DNA of 62,159 bases from Chiloscyllium plagiosum (GCF_004010195.1 NC_057754.1:2199238-2261396); one strand, 5' to 3'; positions 37,216 through 49,535 are shown, numbered from the stretch's first letter. Made by a program: numbers and translations. Notes: a model not told the origin generated them from the letters alone.

Positions 37216-37425
37216 TTTAGGGCACCTTCTTTCTATAGATTGTACGTTCTTTGCTTCTCAGAACTTTACATAAGGCTAAGGAAATTGTCTGGATAGCTCA
37301 CAGGTTTGCTGTTCATATCAAGGAACAACAGAATTTCAGTGTCCTCTTGATCTGCGAGCAGAAGACATATGATTAATGATTTAGTAAAATGGCTCATTGA
37401 TTGCAAGGAACTTTGGATCCATTAC

Positions 37426-37950
37426 TCTGGGATCTCTCTGTTCCTGTACCCTGGGATCTCTCTGTTCCTGTACCCTGGGATCTCTCTGGTGCTGTACCCT
37501 GGGATCTCTCTGGTGCTGTACCCTGGGATCTCTCTGTTCCTGTACCCTGGGATCTCTCTGGTGCTGTACCCTGGGATCTCTCTGGTGCTGTACCCTGGGA
37601 TCTCTCTGGTGCTGTGCCCTGAGGTCTCTCTGGTGCTGTGCCCTGAGGTCTCTCTGGTGCTGTGCCCTGGGATCTCTCTGGTGCTGTACACTGGGATCTC
37701 TCTGTTCCTGTACCCTGGGGTCTCTCTGGTCCTGTACCCTGGGATCTCTCTGTTCCTGTACACTGGGATCTCTCTGTTCCTGTACCGTGGGATCTCTCTG
37801 GTGCTGTACCCTGGGATCTCTCTGGTCCTGTACCCTGGGATCTGTCTGGTTTCTTATTGTGGTGAACTCTCTGGTCCTCTACTATGGAGTTCTCTCTGGT
37901 CTTGTATTCTGGAATATGTCTTGTTGTGTTCTCTGAGGATCTCTCTGGCT
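37426..37950. repeat. 24-bp minisatellite, ~18 good units plus degenerate ones
   Basis: Unit CTGGGATCTCTCTG(T/G)T(C/G)CTGTACC; 8-aa periodicity in overlapping ORFs. Confidence 0.95.
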
Positions 37951-37959
37951 CTGTTAAGT

Positions 37960-38250
37960 GGTGGCACGGTGGTACAGTGGTTAGCACTGCTGCCTCACAG
38001 CACCAGAGACCCGGGTTCAATTCCTGCCTCAGGCGACTGACTGTGTGGAGTTTGCACATTCTCCCCGTGTCTGCTCCGGTTTCCTCCCACAGTCCAAAAA
38101 TATGCAGGTTAGGTGAATTGGCCATGCTAAATTGCCTGTAGCGTTAGATGTAGGGGAATGAGTCTGGGTGGGTTGCGCTTCAGCGGGTCGGCGTGGACTT
38201 GTTGGGCCGAAGGGCCTGTTTCCACACTGTAAGTAATCTATCTAAAAAAA
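37960..38250 (+). mobile_element. HE1-type V-SINE, full length
   Basis: A box TGGTACAGTGG, B box GGTTCAATTCC; tail GGGCCGAAGGGCCTGTTTCCACACTGTAAG. Confidence 0.9.
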
Positions 38251-38589
38251 AGTTGTAAGATCAGAGCCCATTGTGCTGAAGGTAGTATATTGGTGTGTAT
38301 AGAGAATTGGGCAGGAAACATTGAGTGAGAATAAGGGGTTCTTCTTTAGCTTGGCAACCTGTGACCAGTGAGGTTCCACAGCTGGGCCAACAACTATTTA
38401 CAATATGTATTGACTTGGAAGAATAAAGCAAATATACTATAACCAAATTTGTGAATGGCAGAAAAATAAGTGGAAAGGCAAGTTGTGAAAGGGGTAAACA
38501 CTGTTTATAGACAGATACTGATAGGTTAAGTAAGTGGACAAAATGTTAGCAAATAGAGTATAAAGTGAGAACATTTGAAGTATTGTTCA

Positions 38590-38770
38590 ATATGGAGGAG
38601 CACTGATCTATTAGCTGAGTAGGACGGTATGTGATAATCAGCAGGATATTTCCTTGGCCATGTTTCACCTGAAGCCATGAGACTCATAGGGCAATTCCTT
38701 CCTGACTGTATATCACTGTGGTGCCCCCTCTGCTGGGTCTGTCCTGCTGCTGGGAGAGGACATATCTGGA
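38590..38770 (-). mobile_element. LINE endonuclease-region fragment (probably LINE-B)
   Basis: Minus strand CAGGACAGACCCAGCAGAGGGGGCACCACAGTGATATAC gives a DRxxxGG-type AP-endonuclease motif. Confidence 0.55.
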
Positions 38771-38938
38771 TTAGAAACCAAGCTATAACACCACTGCACC
38801 ATTGCCTCCCCAAGCTACCTGGGAGTAGTTGTGGATAAAATACAAAGTCAGCATGCAGGTGCAGCAGGTAATCAAGAAGGCTAATGAGATCTTGTGTCTT
38901 ATTTCCAGGGGGTTGGAGTATAAGAGTAGGGAAATCTC

Positions 38939-39846
38939 ATGGACTGTGTGGCCAAATTGTGTCTGAATGCCATCTAGAAGTTCACTGACAACACCACTGT
39001 TATAGACCAGGTATCAAACAATGGCGAGTCAGAATGCAGGAAGGAGATAGAATGCTTGGTGGCATGGTGCAATGATAAGAATCTCTCTCTCAATGACAGC
39101 AAAACAAAAGAGCTGATCATTGACTTCAGGAAGAAAGGAGGAGGACACTCCTCCATCTACATCAATGGAGCCAAGGTGGAGAGAGAGTCGAGAGCGTCCT
39201 TGGAGTGATGATAACCGACAATCTGTTCTGGGGCTCCCACGTTGATGAAATGGTCACAAAGGCACAACAACGCCTCTCCTTCCTCAGGAGGCTCAGGAAA
39301 TTTGGTATGTCCATAAGGACCTTCACCAACTTCTATAGATGCACCATAGAAAGCATTCTATCCAGGTGTGGCATGGCTTGGAACAGCAACTGCTCTGCCC
39401 AGCACTGTACGAAACTACAAAAAGTTGTGAACATAGCCCAGACCATCACGCAACCTAACCTTCCATCCATGGACTCAATTTACATTTCTCGTTGCTGCAG
39501 AAAGGCAGCCAACACCATCAAAGAGCCCTCCCACCCTGATTATAATCTCTTCCATCCTATCCCATCAGGCAGAAGATACAAAAGTTTAAACATATGTACC
39601 AACAGGTTCAAGAACAGCTTCTTGCCTGCTGTCAATAGACTGCTAAATGAACCTCTCAAATTTCAAATCTAATGTTGATCTTGTTTTTGAACACCTCCTG
39701 TGCAGTGTAACCTGTATGCCTCACTCTGTTCAAATCGCCCTGTGATCTGTATGTCCTTGTATATTATGATCAGCCTATACTGCACGCAAAACAAAACTTT
39801 TCACTGTACTTAGATGCATGTGACAACAATGCATCAAATCAAATCA
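38939..39846 (+). mobile_element. Rex1/Babar-clade LINE 3' fragment
   Basis: ORF 39205-39672 KAQQRLSFLRRLRKF..SGRRYKSL..RFKNSFLPAVNRLLN; (TCAAA)n tail; AAATCT on both flanks. Confidence 0.85.
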
Positions 39847-41424
39847 AAATCTTACTGCAACTGTACAAGGTGCTGATGAGACTACATCTGGATACTGTGA
39901 GCTGTTTTGGTCTCTTATTTAATAAAAGATATCATTTCATTAGAGGCAGTTCAGAGAAGGTTCACTAGGAGGATCCATGGTATGGAATCTTAGGAGCAAT
40001 GGTTGGGGTTCTGCTCACTGGAGTTTAGAAGAATGAGAGGTGATCTTACTGAAACATATAAGATTCTTGACAGGGTAAATACTGAGAGGACCTAACCCTT
40101 CTTGGGAGAGGCTTGGACCAAAGGGCATGGTCTCAGAATAAAGGGGTGCCAGTTTAAGATTGAGATGAGGAGAAATGTCCTTTCTCAGAGAATGTGTGTC
40201 TTTGGAATTCATTGTTACAGAGAACTGGGGGTAGGGTTGGGGGTGGGGTGCAGAGTCTTGATGTATATTTAAGGGTGAGATATAGATTCTTGATCAGTCA
40301 GGGAATCAAGGGTTAGAGGGAAAGAGCAAGAAACTGTACGTGAGGAATGTCGAATCAGCCATGATCCTATTGGATGGCAGAACAGACTCGAGGGGTTGAA
40401 CAGCCTACTCCAGTTCCTATTTCTTGTGATCTTGTGACCTTATGTTCACTGAGCTTTCTCTCACCCTTTATGCTGCGACCTCTCTGGTCCTGTATTCTGG
40501 AGTGTTCATGGTCCTTGACTTTGCATTTCTTTGCTCTTGGACGTTGTACCTCATCACAAATCTGTGCAGTTGTTACTTGATAAGAGTTTGCTCATCAGCA
40601 TTTTTAAACAGAATATTTCTGCCAAAACGTTAATTGTGTAAATAAATAAGTATTAATCAATGCAAGACTTTTTCCATTATCACTGAGTAATAATTTGTGC
40701 AGTTCGCAGATGATTTGATTGTGCTCTTCTGTTAAATTTAACGATTATCAATTAACAGTCCATCATGTTGCATTAACAGCCGTTTCGGGATCCCATTTCT
40801 CCTTTGGTCTGGCTCTGACGGTATCATAATTTTAATATGCCACTGGCTTTCAAATACCACTGTTCTCATGTCAGTGCAGTAAGTAGGGTGGGAGTTTTGG
40901 AATAGGTGGAAAAAATCTGTGTATAAAACATTAACTTCACATGCTGTCTAGTTGGCAATGTGAATGATTTAATGGATAAATCAGGATTTGATCTTGTCCA
41001 TCTCTAGACTTGGTGGAGTTACTGTGACAGCTGAAGGTAGGCAACAACTGGCATCAGCACCCTGGTTCAAAAAGAAAGAAACTAAATGGGTGTTGCAGTG
41101 ATCCTGAGCATGTGAAGATTGCTGTGGAGAGAGTGAAGCTGACTGATCCTTTCACAGCCAGTGAGTACATTGGGTGAAGCATGAATCAATTACTCCATTA
41201 AAGACTAGGAGAACACAAAAGATAAATGTGGTCTTGAATGTTTGGATTGTAATGTTGCCTCATCCCAAAATCACAGAGCAAGACCCATTATTACTACTTA
41301 GTGTATCTGAAAATTCCTGAGAAGATGCAGTTAAACTTTGGCTTCTGCAGGCTCCCGAAGAAGCTCATAAAGAGAAATTTGGACACCAGTGCCTTGTATA
41401 CCCTACATCGTTCAAATATACAGA

Positions 41425-42047
41425 CACAAAAAGTAGCAGAACTGGGCCCTTCAGCTCCTACAGCCTGTGTCATTCCATAAAATAATCTGATTCATTTGAT
41501 CTGATTGTAATCACAAATCTGCACTCCTGCTGATCGGATAATCTTTCATCCCCTTGCCTTAACCAGAATCTATCCACCTCAGCCTTAAAAGTAATCAAGG
41601 ATTCTACTTACACAAGCTTTTCAGAAAGAGGATTTCACGACCCACTGAGAGAAAAGATAATTGCCCTATCTATGTTTTAAAGTACGACATCTGATTTTTA
41701 AACAGTGGCCCGTAGTTATAGATTTTTGCGTAAGGGAAAACATCCTACCCACCCCTCCCATCACATTTTCTCAGCATCTTATCAAATCAAGGCACCTCTT
41801 ACCTTCTAAATTCCAGCAGCCTAATCTGTCCTTCTAAGACAATCCACCTATTTCAGGCATTAAACTAGGAAATCTTCTCTGAGCTGTTTCAAATACAATT
41901 ACATCTTTCCTTTAAATAAGGAGACCAGTACTGTGCACAGATGTAGTCTCACCAGTACCCTGTATAACTAAAGTGTAACCTCCTTACTTTTGTATTCAAT
42001 TCCCCTCATAATGAGTTATTAATTCAATTAACCTTCCTAATTACTTG
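41425..42047 (-). mobile_element. Old CR1 3' fragment
   Basis: Collinear with 21480-22038. Confidence 0.7.
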
Positions 42048-42264
42048 TCCAGAGGGGCAGCCATTGGCCATCCACATTCTCCAGATCCTCCTTCTGCTGC
42101 TGCTTGTAGCCTCCCTGAGCAGTATTTGATAACAGTAGTATTAAGCACAGGGAGCTTCCTATATTATATAAGTTTCCAAACCGTTATCCCCAATCCATCT
42201 ATCTGCCATAGTGTCTTTGCCTTCGTTCTTCTGCTGCTGAAACCCTTCTCCATTCTTTTGGGAA

Positions 42265-42720
42265 CTCTACACTTGACTCTTCCAATGCCCCTTGGCCTTC
42301 CAGTTAACTTCAGTACATTTTAAACACTTCCGCCTGCATTCTACCACACCTTTCTGTTCACAAAGTACTTCTGTGCTGGCTAACTTACAATAATAATTCA
42401 TGATTTTAATATCTTTACCCTTGTGTTCATAGCATTGCAAGTCTCTGTTTTTATAATCTCTTGCGATCCTCCAGTTACTTTGTGCTGTTTCTACTCCAAC
42501 CACACTTCACTGCCTTTGGTTCCCAATTGATGGCCGTGTCTTTAACACCTGAGCCCTGAGCTTTGGAATTCCTTCTCTAATCCTCTTCATCTCTCTCTCT
42601 CCTGCTTTGCCCAGGCTTATCCCACTTTCCCCTTTGACTTGACTTCATGTTTTTTTGTGAAATGACTTTCAATATATTACAATGTGAAAGGCAGTATATA
42701 AACTTAAGTTGTTGTCATTG
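42265..42720 (+). mobile_element. L2-type LINE 3' remnant
   Basis: GAGCCCTGAGCTTTGGAATTCCTTCTCTAA; tail GAAAGGCAGTATATAAACTTAAGTTGTTG. Confidence 0.55.
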
Positions 42721-42939
42721 TTGGATTGTGGATTATACAATCAATACAGCAGCAGGCCATTCAGCTCGTCCACTACATACTGGTCTTTTTACACGTGAGC
42801 ATCCTCCCAGCCTTTCTCATCTAAACTTACCCCTTTAACTCTTCTCCCTGATTGTATCTATCCAGCTTCCCCATAAGCATTTCAAAACAGTTTTAACTGG
42901 GTCTGTAAACTGTAAACTGGGCCTGTAACATTCACTTTG

Positions 42940-43257
42940 TGGGTGGCACGGTGGCACAGTGGTTAGCACTGCTGCCTCACAGCGCCTGTAGACCCGGGTT
43001 CAGTTCCCACCTCAGGCGACTGACTGTGTGGAGTTTGCACGTTCTCCCCGTATCTGCGTGGGTTTCCTCCGGGTGCCCCAGTTTCCTCCTTCTATCCAAA
43101 GATGTGCAGGTCAGGTGAATTGGCCAGGGTAATTGCCCATAGTGTTAGGTAAGGGGCAAATGTAGGGGTATGGGTGGGTTGCACTTCAGTGGGGCGGTGT
43201 GGGCTTATTGGGCTGAAGGGCCTGTTTCCACACTGTAAGGTAATGTAATGTAATCTA
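42940..43257 (+). mobile_element. HE1-type V-SINE, full length, young
   Basis: A box TGGCACAGTGG, B box GGTTCAGTTCC; CR1-type tail then (GTAAT)n. Confidence 0.9.
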
Positions 43258-43499
43258 CAACCACTCCCCATGCTAGTGAGTTCCAGATGCTCAACAGTTT
43301 CTACATATAAAGTTCCTATCATATTTTTACTGACTATTTTATATCAACAGCAACAAGTAATGCTGTCCCATAAGAGGAAATATTCATTCCTTCTCCTTTC
43401 AATCGAAACTTTTCAAAATTTTGAAGACCTCAAATAGGTAACCCCTCGCCCTTTTCTTTCAAGAGTGAAGAAACCAGGAGACCCATCCTATTATCCTCT

Positions 43500-43826
43500 C
43501 ATAGAGTCATAGAGATATACAGCATGGAAACAGGCCCTTCAGTCCACCTCAATATCTTAAATTAATCTAGTCACATTGGTCCATATCCCTTTAAACCCTT
43601 CTTATTCATCTACCTATCCAAATGCCTTTTAAATGCTATAATTGTACTGGCTTCTACCACTTTCTCTGGAAGTTCATTCCATATATGCACCGCCCTTTGC
43701 GTGAAAGGTTGCCCCTTTTAAATCTTTCCCCTCTCACCTTAAACCTATGTTGTCTGGTTTTGGACTCCCTTACCCCAGGGAAAAGACCTTCACTATTCAC
43801 CCTATCCATGATTTTATAAACTTCTA
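43500..43826 (-). mobile_element. CR1 (HER1-like) 3' end
   Basis: CATAGAGTCATAGAG tail; homologous to 33596-33950. Confidence 0.9.
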
Positions 43827-44077
43827 TCTAATATACATTCTCACACATTTCTTTATTGTTCTGTTATGATCCCAGCTGATGGTACTACTGGACATGAAAC
43901 TCAGCTTGATAAACTTTTTAATTGTTTGGCCAGTTCATGTGGTGGACCACTACTGAAACATGCACATACAAGGCTTCAGATTTTCTTTAACATCAGAATT
44001 TGTACTGAAGAATCTGTACCTAGGTACCGTGTATCTAAGGTGGTGCTGTAAGTGGTTACTTGTAAACTTTTCACTGT

Positions 44078-44526
44078 AATCATAGAGTCATAGAATTGTA
44101 TGGAATGGAAACAGACCCTTCGGTCCAACCAGTCCGTGCCAACCATAATCCCAAACTAATCTAGTCCCACCAGCCTGCTCCTAGCCTATATCCCTCCAAA
44201 CCTTTCCTATACATGTACTTATCCAAATATCTTTTAAGCATTGTAATTGTACCAACATCCATCACTTCCCTCAAGAAGCTCATTCCACATGTGAACCACC
44301 CTCTGTGTAAAAATATTTGCCCCTTATGTCTTTGTTAAATCTTTCCTCTCTCACCTTAAAAGTGTGCCCCCTCATCTTGAAATCCCCCATCCTAGGGAAA
44401 AGATAATTACCATTAAGTCTATCTATGCCCCTTAATATTTTATAAACTTCTATAAGGTTGCCTGTCAACCTCCTACACTCCAGTGAAAACAGTCCCAGCC
44501 TATCCAGCCTTTCTTTATAACTCACC
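44078..44526 (-). mobile_element. CR1 3' fragment inserted into a Rex-type tail
   Basis: ORF 44280-44528 SYKERLDRLGLFSLECRRL; host CTTTTCACTGTA resumes as CATGTGACAATAAA and (TTCAA)n. Confidence 0.85.
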
Positions 44527-44699
44527 ATTTGAATTCATGTGACAATAAAGTTCAGTTCAATTCAATTCAATTCAAACAGAAGTTTATTGCACAAAAGTTG
44601 AAAAGCAAATCAAGTTAAGCTTTCTAAATAAAGAAGACAATTAACAAAATCTAAAGCATAAAGCAAACCTCAAACCTTTTTCTAGCATTAAACAAACTA

Positions 44700-44923
44700 A
44701 AACCAAAAAATTGCAAATGTTGGAAATCAGAAACAAAAACAGAAATTGCTGGAGAAACTCAGCAAATCTGGCAACATCTCTAGAAAGAGACACAGAGTTT
44801 CAGTGGTCCAGTCCATTTCACTTTCTGAAAAAAGGGTCAGTGGACCTGAAACGTTAATTCTGTTGTATTTCCACAGATGCTGCCAGATCTGCTGAATTCC
44901 TCCAGCAATTTCTGTTTTTGTTC
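44700..44923. mobile_element. PLE family D inverted-repeat insert
   Basis: Arms AACAAAAACAGAAATTGCTGGA / TCCAGCAATTTCTGTTTTTGTT; core CTGAAAA..GGGTC-AGTG-GACCT-GAAACGTT from 44825. Confidence 0.75.
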
Positions 44924-46949
44924 CCTTTTCTCAACATTATCCATTGCAGAAATCCAGAGAAATTACACACCTATCATCTCAATTCTTAAGTTTCTGCTTA
45001 ACTGACTCCTTACAGTTTCTTTGACTATGGAGGCAATTCACTGAGTACTTTCCAAATCTGCCAGCATGACTTCTCACAAATTTAAGAACTTAAACTTTTG
45101 CAGTTCCAATAACCTGTGCATTACGAACCAAACTCTCCTGGTTTGGAAACTTCAAAAGCTAACCCTTCTGTTAAAGCAACTGCTTCCATGAGCTACTCTG
45201 AAATCTTCCTCCCAGTAGAGAAATTAAACTTGCTTCTGCCCTCAACTTTGCTGAATTTTGGAAACCTTTCTCATCCTAGATTCTTATGAAATGGAAACAA
45301 AGTCAACAGCCATACGTGTTTATTCCAGTTACAACAGTATAAACGTCTTTCCATTAACACACCAAGGATCTGCAGTCACCTCCTTTATAACAAATACTAG
45401 ATTTAGTCACCGTTCCAGAAGGTCTTTCTGACCTTGTCTTTTTTTAAAACATGAAAATCCTTCAAGGAAGTAACCAACAATTATGTGCTTCTGTTTTGAA
45501 ATGAAAATTCCAAGTATGATATTAGTACAAATTAAAGTAAACACCCTTCATCACAGTGCTTGTAAATCTTCTTTGCATCCTATCCAGTGCCTTGATCTCA
45601 TGTTTTAAAAACAGTGACCAGAAGTACCCTTAAGTGTAATTTGACCAAAATTTGTTGCACGATATATGACTTCACTGTTTTTCAATTCTCTCCCTCTGCA
45701 TTGGAAATCCTTTTTCTTTCAGTCTTGTAAACTGGAACCAGTTTCTGAGAAACTGCTGCTGGAAGAGCAAGGAGTTTCACAACAGGCAGGAAGGAGCCAC
45801 TTGTTAAAGAAACACAAGTGCCAGCAAAGAGAAATGTTTTTGACGGCAGGGAGTCAAATGGACAGGAGAGGCTCTGCATGGAACTGTGGGTTTCCTGTTT
45901 ATCTATCTTACTTTAAGAATTAGGTTTACTGGAATTTATTGGGTATCACATCCAAACATTCATGCCTGTTTTATTGGAGCTTTGATGGCTTGTGTCTCAA
46001 ACATGTTCAGCTTGTGTGAAAACTTTAAACTCAAAGGCACACCTACCTTTTTTATGGGACACTTGGAAGGCTGCAATTTGCAGTGTTTCAGTGAATAACA
46101 AACGATGCAGAAACCAGGGCAAGGAAATGAAATGTTTCCTTGAAATCTGATGTGTGAGAGAGAAAGTTGTCAAGTTAAACAAATGGAGAAGTAGAGTGGG
46201 TTGCATTAGTTGTCTTCCTGATCTGCCCTAGCTTCTCGTTTGATTCTCACCATCCAGTGGTAAGCTCACCTCCCATTTTTTTGACATTCAAAATCTAGTC
46301 AATGTTGAAAAAAAAACTAAGCAGAATTTCCTTCCTTCTTTGAGGGGGAGGTTTCTTGCCAATGATTTCCTATCTGTGCTCTTTTCAGAATGAAGGTGCT
46401 CATTGCAGGCACCAGCTTCACTAACCTGTTCACAAACACACTACAGCTGTCTCCCCTCCAGTTCAGGATTCTGATAAAACAAGAATTCTCAGTGCCATTT
46501 CCTCAGGGGACAGGCATTGTCCTTGAAGAGCAACACTTGCTGTCCCTGTTTCATTTGTCTCTTGACAGGCTGCTCTGAGCTGTCGCTTCTGGCTGAGCAT
46601 ATATAAAATATAAAAGTGCCTTTCTGGGGAATGAATTGATTAGTACACAGCTTGAAAGCAGAGCAGCAGCCTTGGATTCTAGGATAGCTAAGGGGAGCCA
46701 GAATGATTACAAGAATCTATTTGTCATGGAAGCACAGCAATATAATTGATCTTGAGATGTGGGTGTCATTAGATGTTTATATTGTTTTGCAGCTTTTCCC
46801 TTCACATTTTCTTTGCGAACCAACTCAAGCTGGATTAATACAGCACCACAAACACAGGTCATTATCTGGTATTACAACCAAGAGGTCATTCAGCCTCTGC
46901 TAACCTGAGTGAATTTTAGCAATCTGCCAGCTGTCTCTGATAGAGCTCA

Positions 46950-47520
46950 GTTGGTAGCACCTTTCACAACCTCAAGACATCCCGTAGTACTTCACAGGCA
47001 GTACAGTCAAACTCCTCAGAAAGCTGACAGCCAAATTGTGCACAGCAAGCTTCCTCAAATGACAATATGATAACAAGCAGATAAGCAATGTTTTTGTGTG
47101 TAATAAATAATGGCCGCAAGACACCAGAGAGAATTCCCTTTGAAACAAAAACAGAAACTGCTGGAAAAGCTTCAGCAGCTCTGGCAGCATCGGTGGAGAG
47201 AAATCAGAGTTAACATTTCAGGTCGAGTGTCCCTTCCTCAGAACTGTTCTGAGTTCGAGGAAGGGTCACTCGACTTGAAACATTAACTCTGATTTCTCTC
47301 CCTTGATGCTGTCAAACCTGCTGAGTTTTTCTAGCAGTTTCTGTTTTTGTTTCTGATTTACAGCATCTGTTGTTTTTTTCAGTTCCTCTTTGGGAAATGT
47401 CAGTGTGGATCTATTCATCACACTGAAGTGAGGATTCAGGACAAGCTGTTTAAGATCTCATTCAAAAATGGCCCTGACATATCAGCCTACATTTGTATTC
47501 AGAACCTGGAGTGGTGGTTA
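46950..47520 (-). mobile_element. Deu-type SINE split by a PLE insert
   Basis: AGCACCTTTCACAACCTCAAGACATCCC..CAGCCAAATTGTGCACAGCAAGC; resumes after 47380. Confidence 0.65.
47141..47380. mobile_element. PLE family D palindromic insert
   Basis: ~100-bp inverted arms centred near 47246, with a hammerhead-like core in each arm. Confidence 0.8.
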
Positions 47521-47762
47521 TTATATGTTGCCATAGCAACCACTAATGGCTTGTGTTTGGCGAAGAGTTCTGCCACTAATCCTTTCTACTCTTTTCTGAA
47601 TAGAAACTTTCACAGGTTAGACAGCCCCTTCTTGAGCACTGAAACAGAAACAAAATCAAACACTTAGCTGAAACTTATGGAACTAGAAGGGAGACTTATC
47701 GAAACCAAAACAAAATAATGTTATCCGGCATGATGCTACACCTCAATCCTCCTTTCTGTGTT

Positions 47763-48095
47763 GGAATCATGGAATCCCTACAGTTGGAAGCAGGCCACTC
47801 AGCCCGTTGAATCCACACTGACCCTCTAAAGAGCATCCCACCCAGAGCCCCCTCCCACCCTTTGCCTGTAACCCAGCATTTCCCATGGTTAACCCACCTA
47901 GCCTGAACACCAAAGAAAATTTTTTAGCATGGCCAATCCACCAAACCTTTGGACCATGGGAGGAAACTGGAGTGCACACACGCATGCACAGGGAGAATGT
48001 GCAAATTCTGTACAGACAGTCACCTGAGGTTGTAATCGAACCCGGATCCCTGATGCTGTGAGGCAACAGTGCAAACCATTGAGCTACCATGCTGC
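47763..48095 (-). mobile_element. HE1-type V-SINE
   Basis: Collinear with 5895-6215. Confidence 0.85.
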
Positions 48096-49311
48096 TCTAT
48101 ATTGTGTCTAAGGGTCTATCGTTTGGAAGATGAACTATTATTGATTCTTAACAAGAAGAGGCATTTATCTTGTACAATAAGTGGCAGTTTACTGCATGCC
48201 TACAAAAACTAGTTAAGCATACCAAAAAGACTGTCAGGAGCAAGAGATGATACATTGTCAAAATCAGTTCCCCATGACAGGAAGTTGAATCCTGATTATG
48301 CATTTTCATTTTAACTCTTTCAGAAGCATTATATTTATGACTAAATCCTCAAATTATATTCATTTCTTTTGCACTGAACAAGCCAACATTCTCTGTGGAA
48401 TGTAATTTCTAGAGCTGGAGTGTTGGGAAGTGTGGACTCCAGAACAGGAGGATGATTGCTCAGAACAGGAGCAGTCATTAAGGCAGCCCATGATGGAACA
48501 GCTCTTGAGAGGGAGTTTTAAGGCCAGATAAGCAAAACTGAAGTATTGTAATCCTAGTGAAGTTTAATAAAGTTTGATAATCCATTGTGTTATTAACATC
48601 TGGTGGGGGATTGTTACTGACAAATCCATGGTACAACTTAAGTAAAAGGTCCAGTTATGGTTGTCAGGGAACAACAGAGTTGTTCAAGTGATAGGAATGG
48701 TGCAGGGAAACATCACGTCTGATCCCAAGTGTTGGGAGTCTGAGCTATGGGACAGATTGGAAAACTTTGAACAAGATCAAACTGAGTTACTGGAAAGGTG
48801 ACCTAAAGAGTTTTTGAAGATAGTAAACTGTGTGAAAACAGTAAACCTAGGTTACAAAACTATAGGAGGAAAACAAAGAGCCATAGGTTAAAACCAGCTC
48901 GAGGTGACTTCTGGGATGATATCAGGAAGTACCCCTACATGCAATAAGTGATTAACACTGTAGAATGGCACAGAAAGAGGCCATTCAACCCATTAAATTT
49001 GTTGCAGCTTTTTCAAAGAGCTATCTGATCAATCCCACATCTCCCCACATCATTTCCGTATTCTGGTAATTTTTTTGTTTCCTTAAAGTTTATTCAAATT
49101 ATATTTAAATGGGAAAAACACTAAGCACTCTGTTATGACACACATCCAGGGCAGATGGAATTTGAACACAGACCATCTCATCTAGAAGTAGGGACATTGC
49201 CAGTGCAGCACAAAATCCTTTTCTGCTTATTAATATAGGAAGTAATTCAGTTTAGAAGGAAAACAATGATGGCTGTAATTGATGTCTATATATATCAAGG
49301 TGCAATTAGAG

Positions 49312-49535
49312 AGAGGTGGTGGTGAAATGGGAATGTCACTGACTGGTAAGCCAAAGCCCCAGGCGAAGGTTCCTTCCATGGCTACAATCCCACGATGGGA
49401 TACTTGAATTTAATAAGAATCTGAAATTTAAAGGATAATCTAGTGGTAACCATGGAATCACATGTTGTAAATACTGCTCTGATTCACTAAATGAAATCTA
49501 CTGTTCTTACTTGGTCTGGCCTATGGCAGACTGAA
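49312..49535 (+). mobile_element. SINE-B, degraded
   Basis: AATGTCACTGACTGGTAA head; TTACTTGGTCTGGCCTA. Confidence 0.55.

Larger units (their letters stand above)
38310..40437 (+). mobile_element. CR1 RT/3' fragment hosting two inserts
   Basis: GTGACCAGTGAGGTTCCACAG; joins seamlessly across the Rex insert; tail TCTTGTGATCTTGTGA. Confidence 0.8.
43862..45555. mobile_element. Probable solo LTR carrying three younger inserts
   Basis: Ends TGTTATGA..TCATCACA (inverted, 7/8 match); flanks GTTC/GTGC; interrupts an old minus-strand CR1. Confidence 0.6.

Noticed and set aside
37960..38030. tRNA gene (A and B boxes), also at 42940 and 52999
   Set aside because: These are SINE heads continuing into HE1 body and tail
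37369..38125. Cys-rich (LGSLWCCT) and hydrophobic repeat ORFs
   Set aside because: Translations of the 24-bp minisatellite running into an HE1 SINE
39205..39672. 155-aa ORF as a host gene
   Set aside because: It is the RT C-terminus of a 5'-truncated Rex1/Babar LINE
46595..46620. TATA-box-like TATATAAAATATAAAAG
   Set aside because: No CpG island or downstream exon evidence; common in AT-rich DNA
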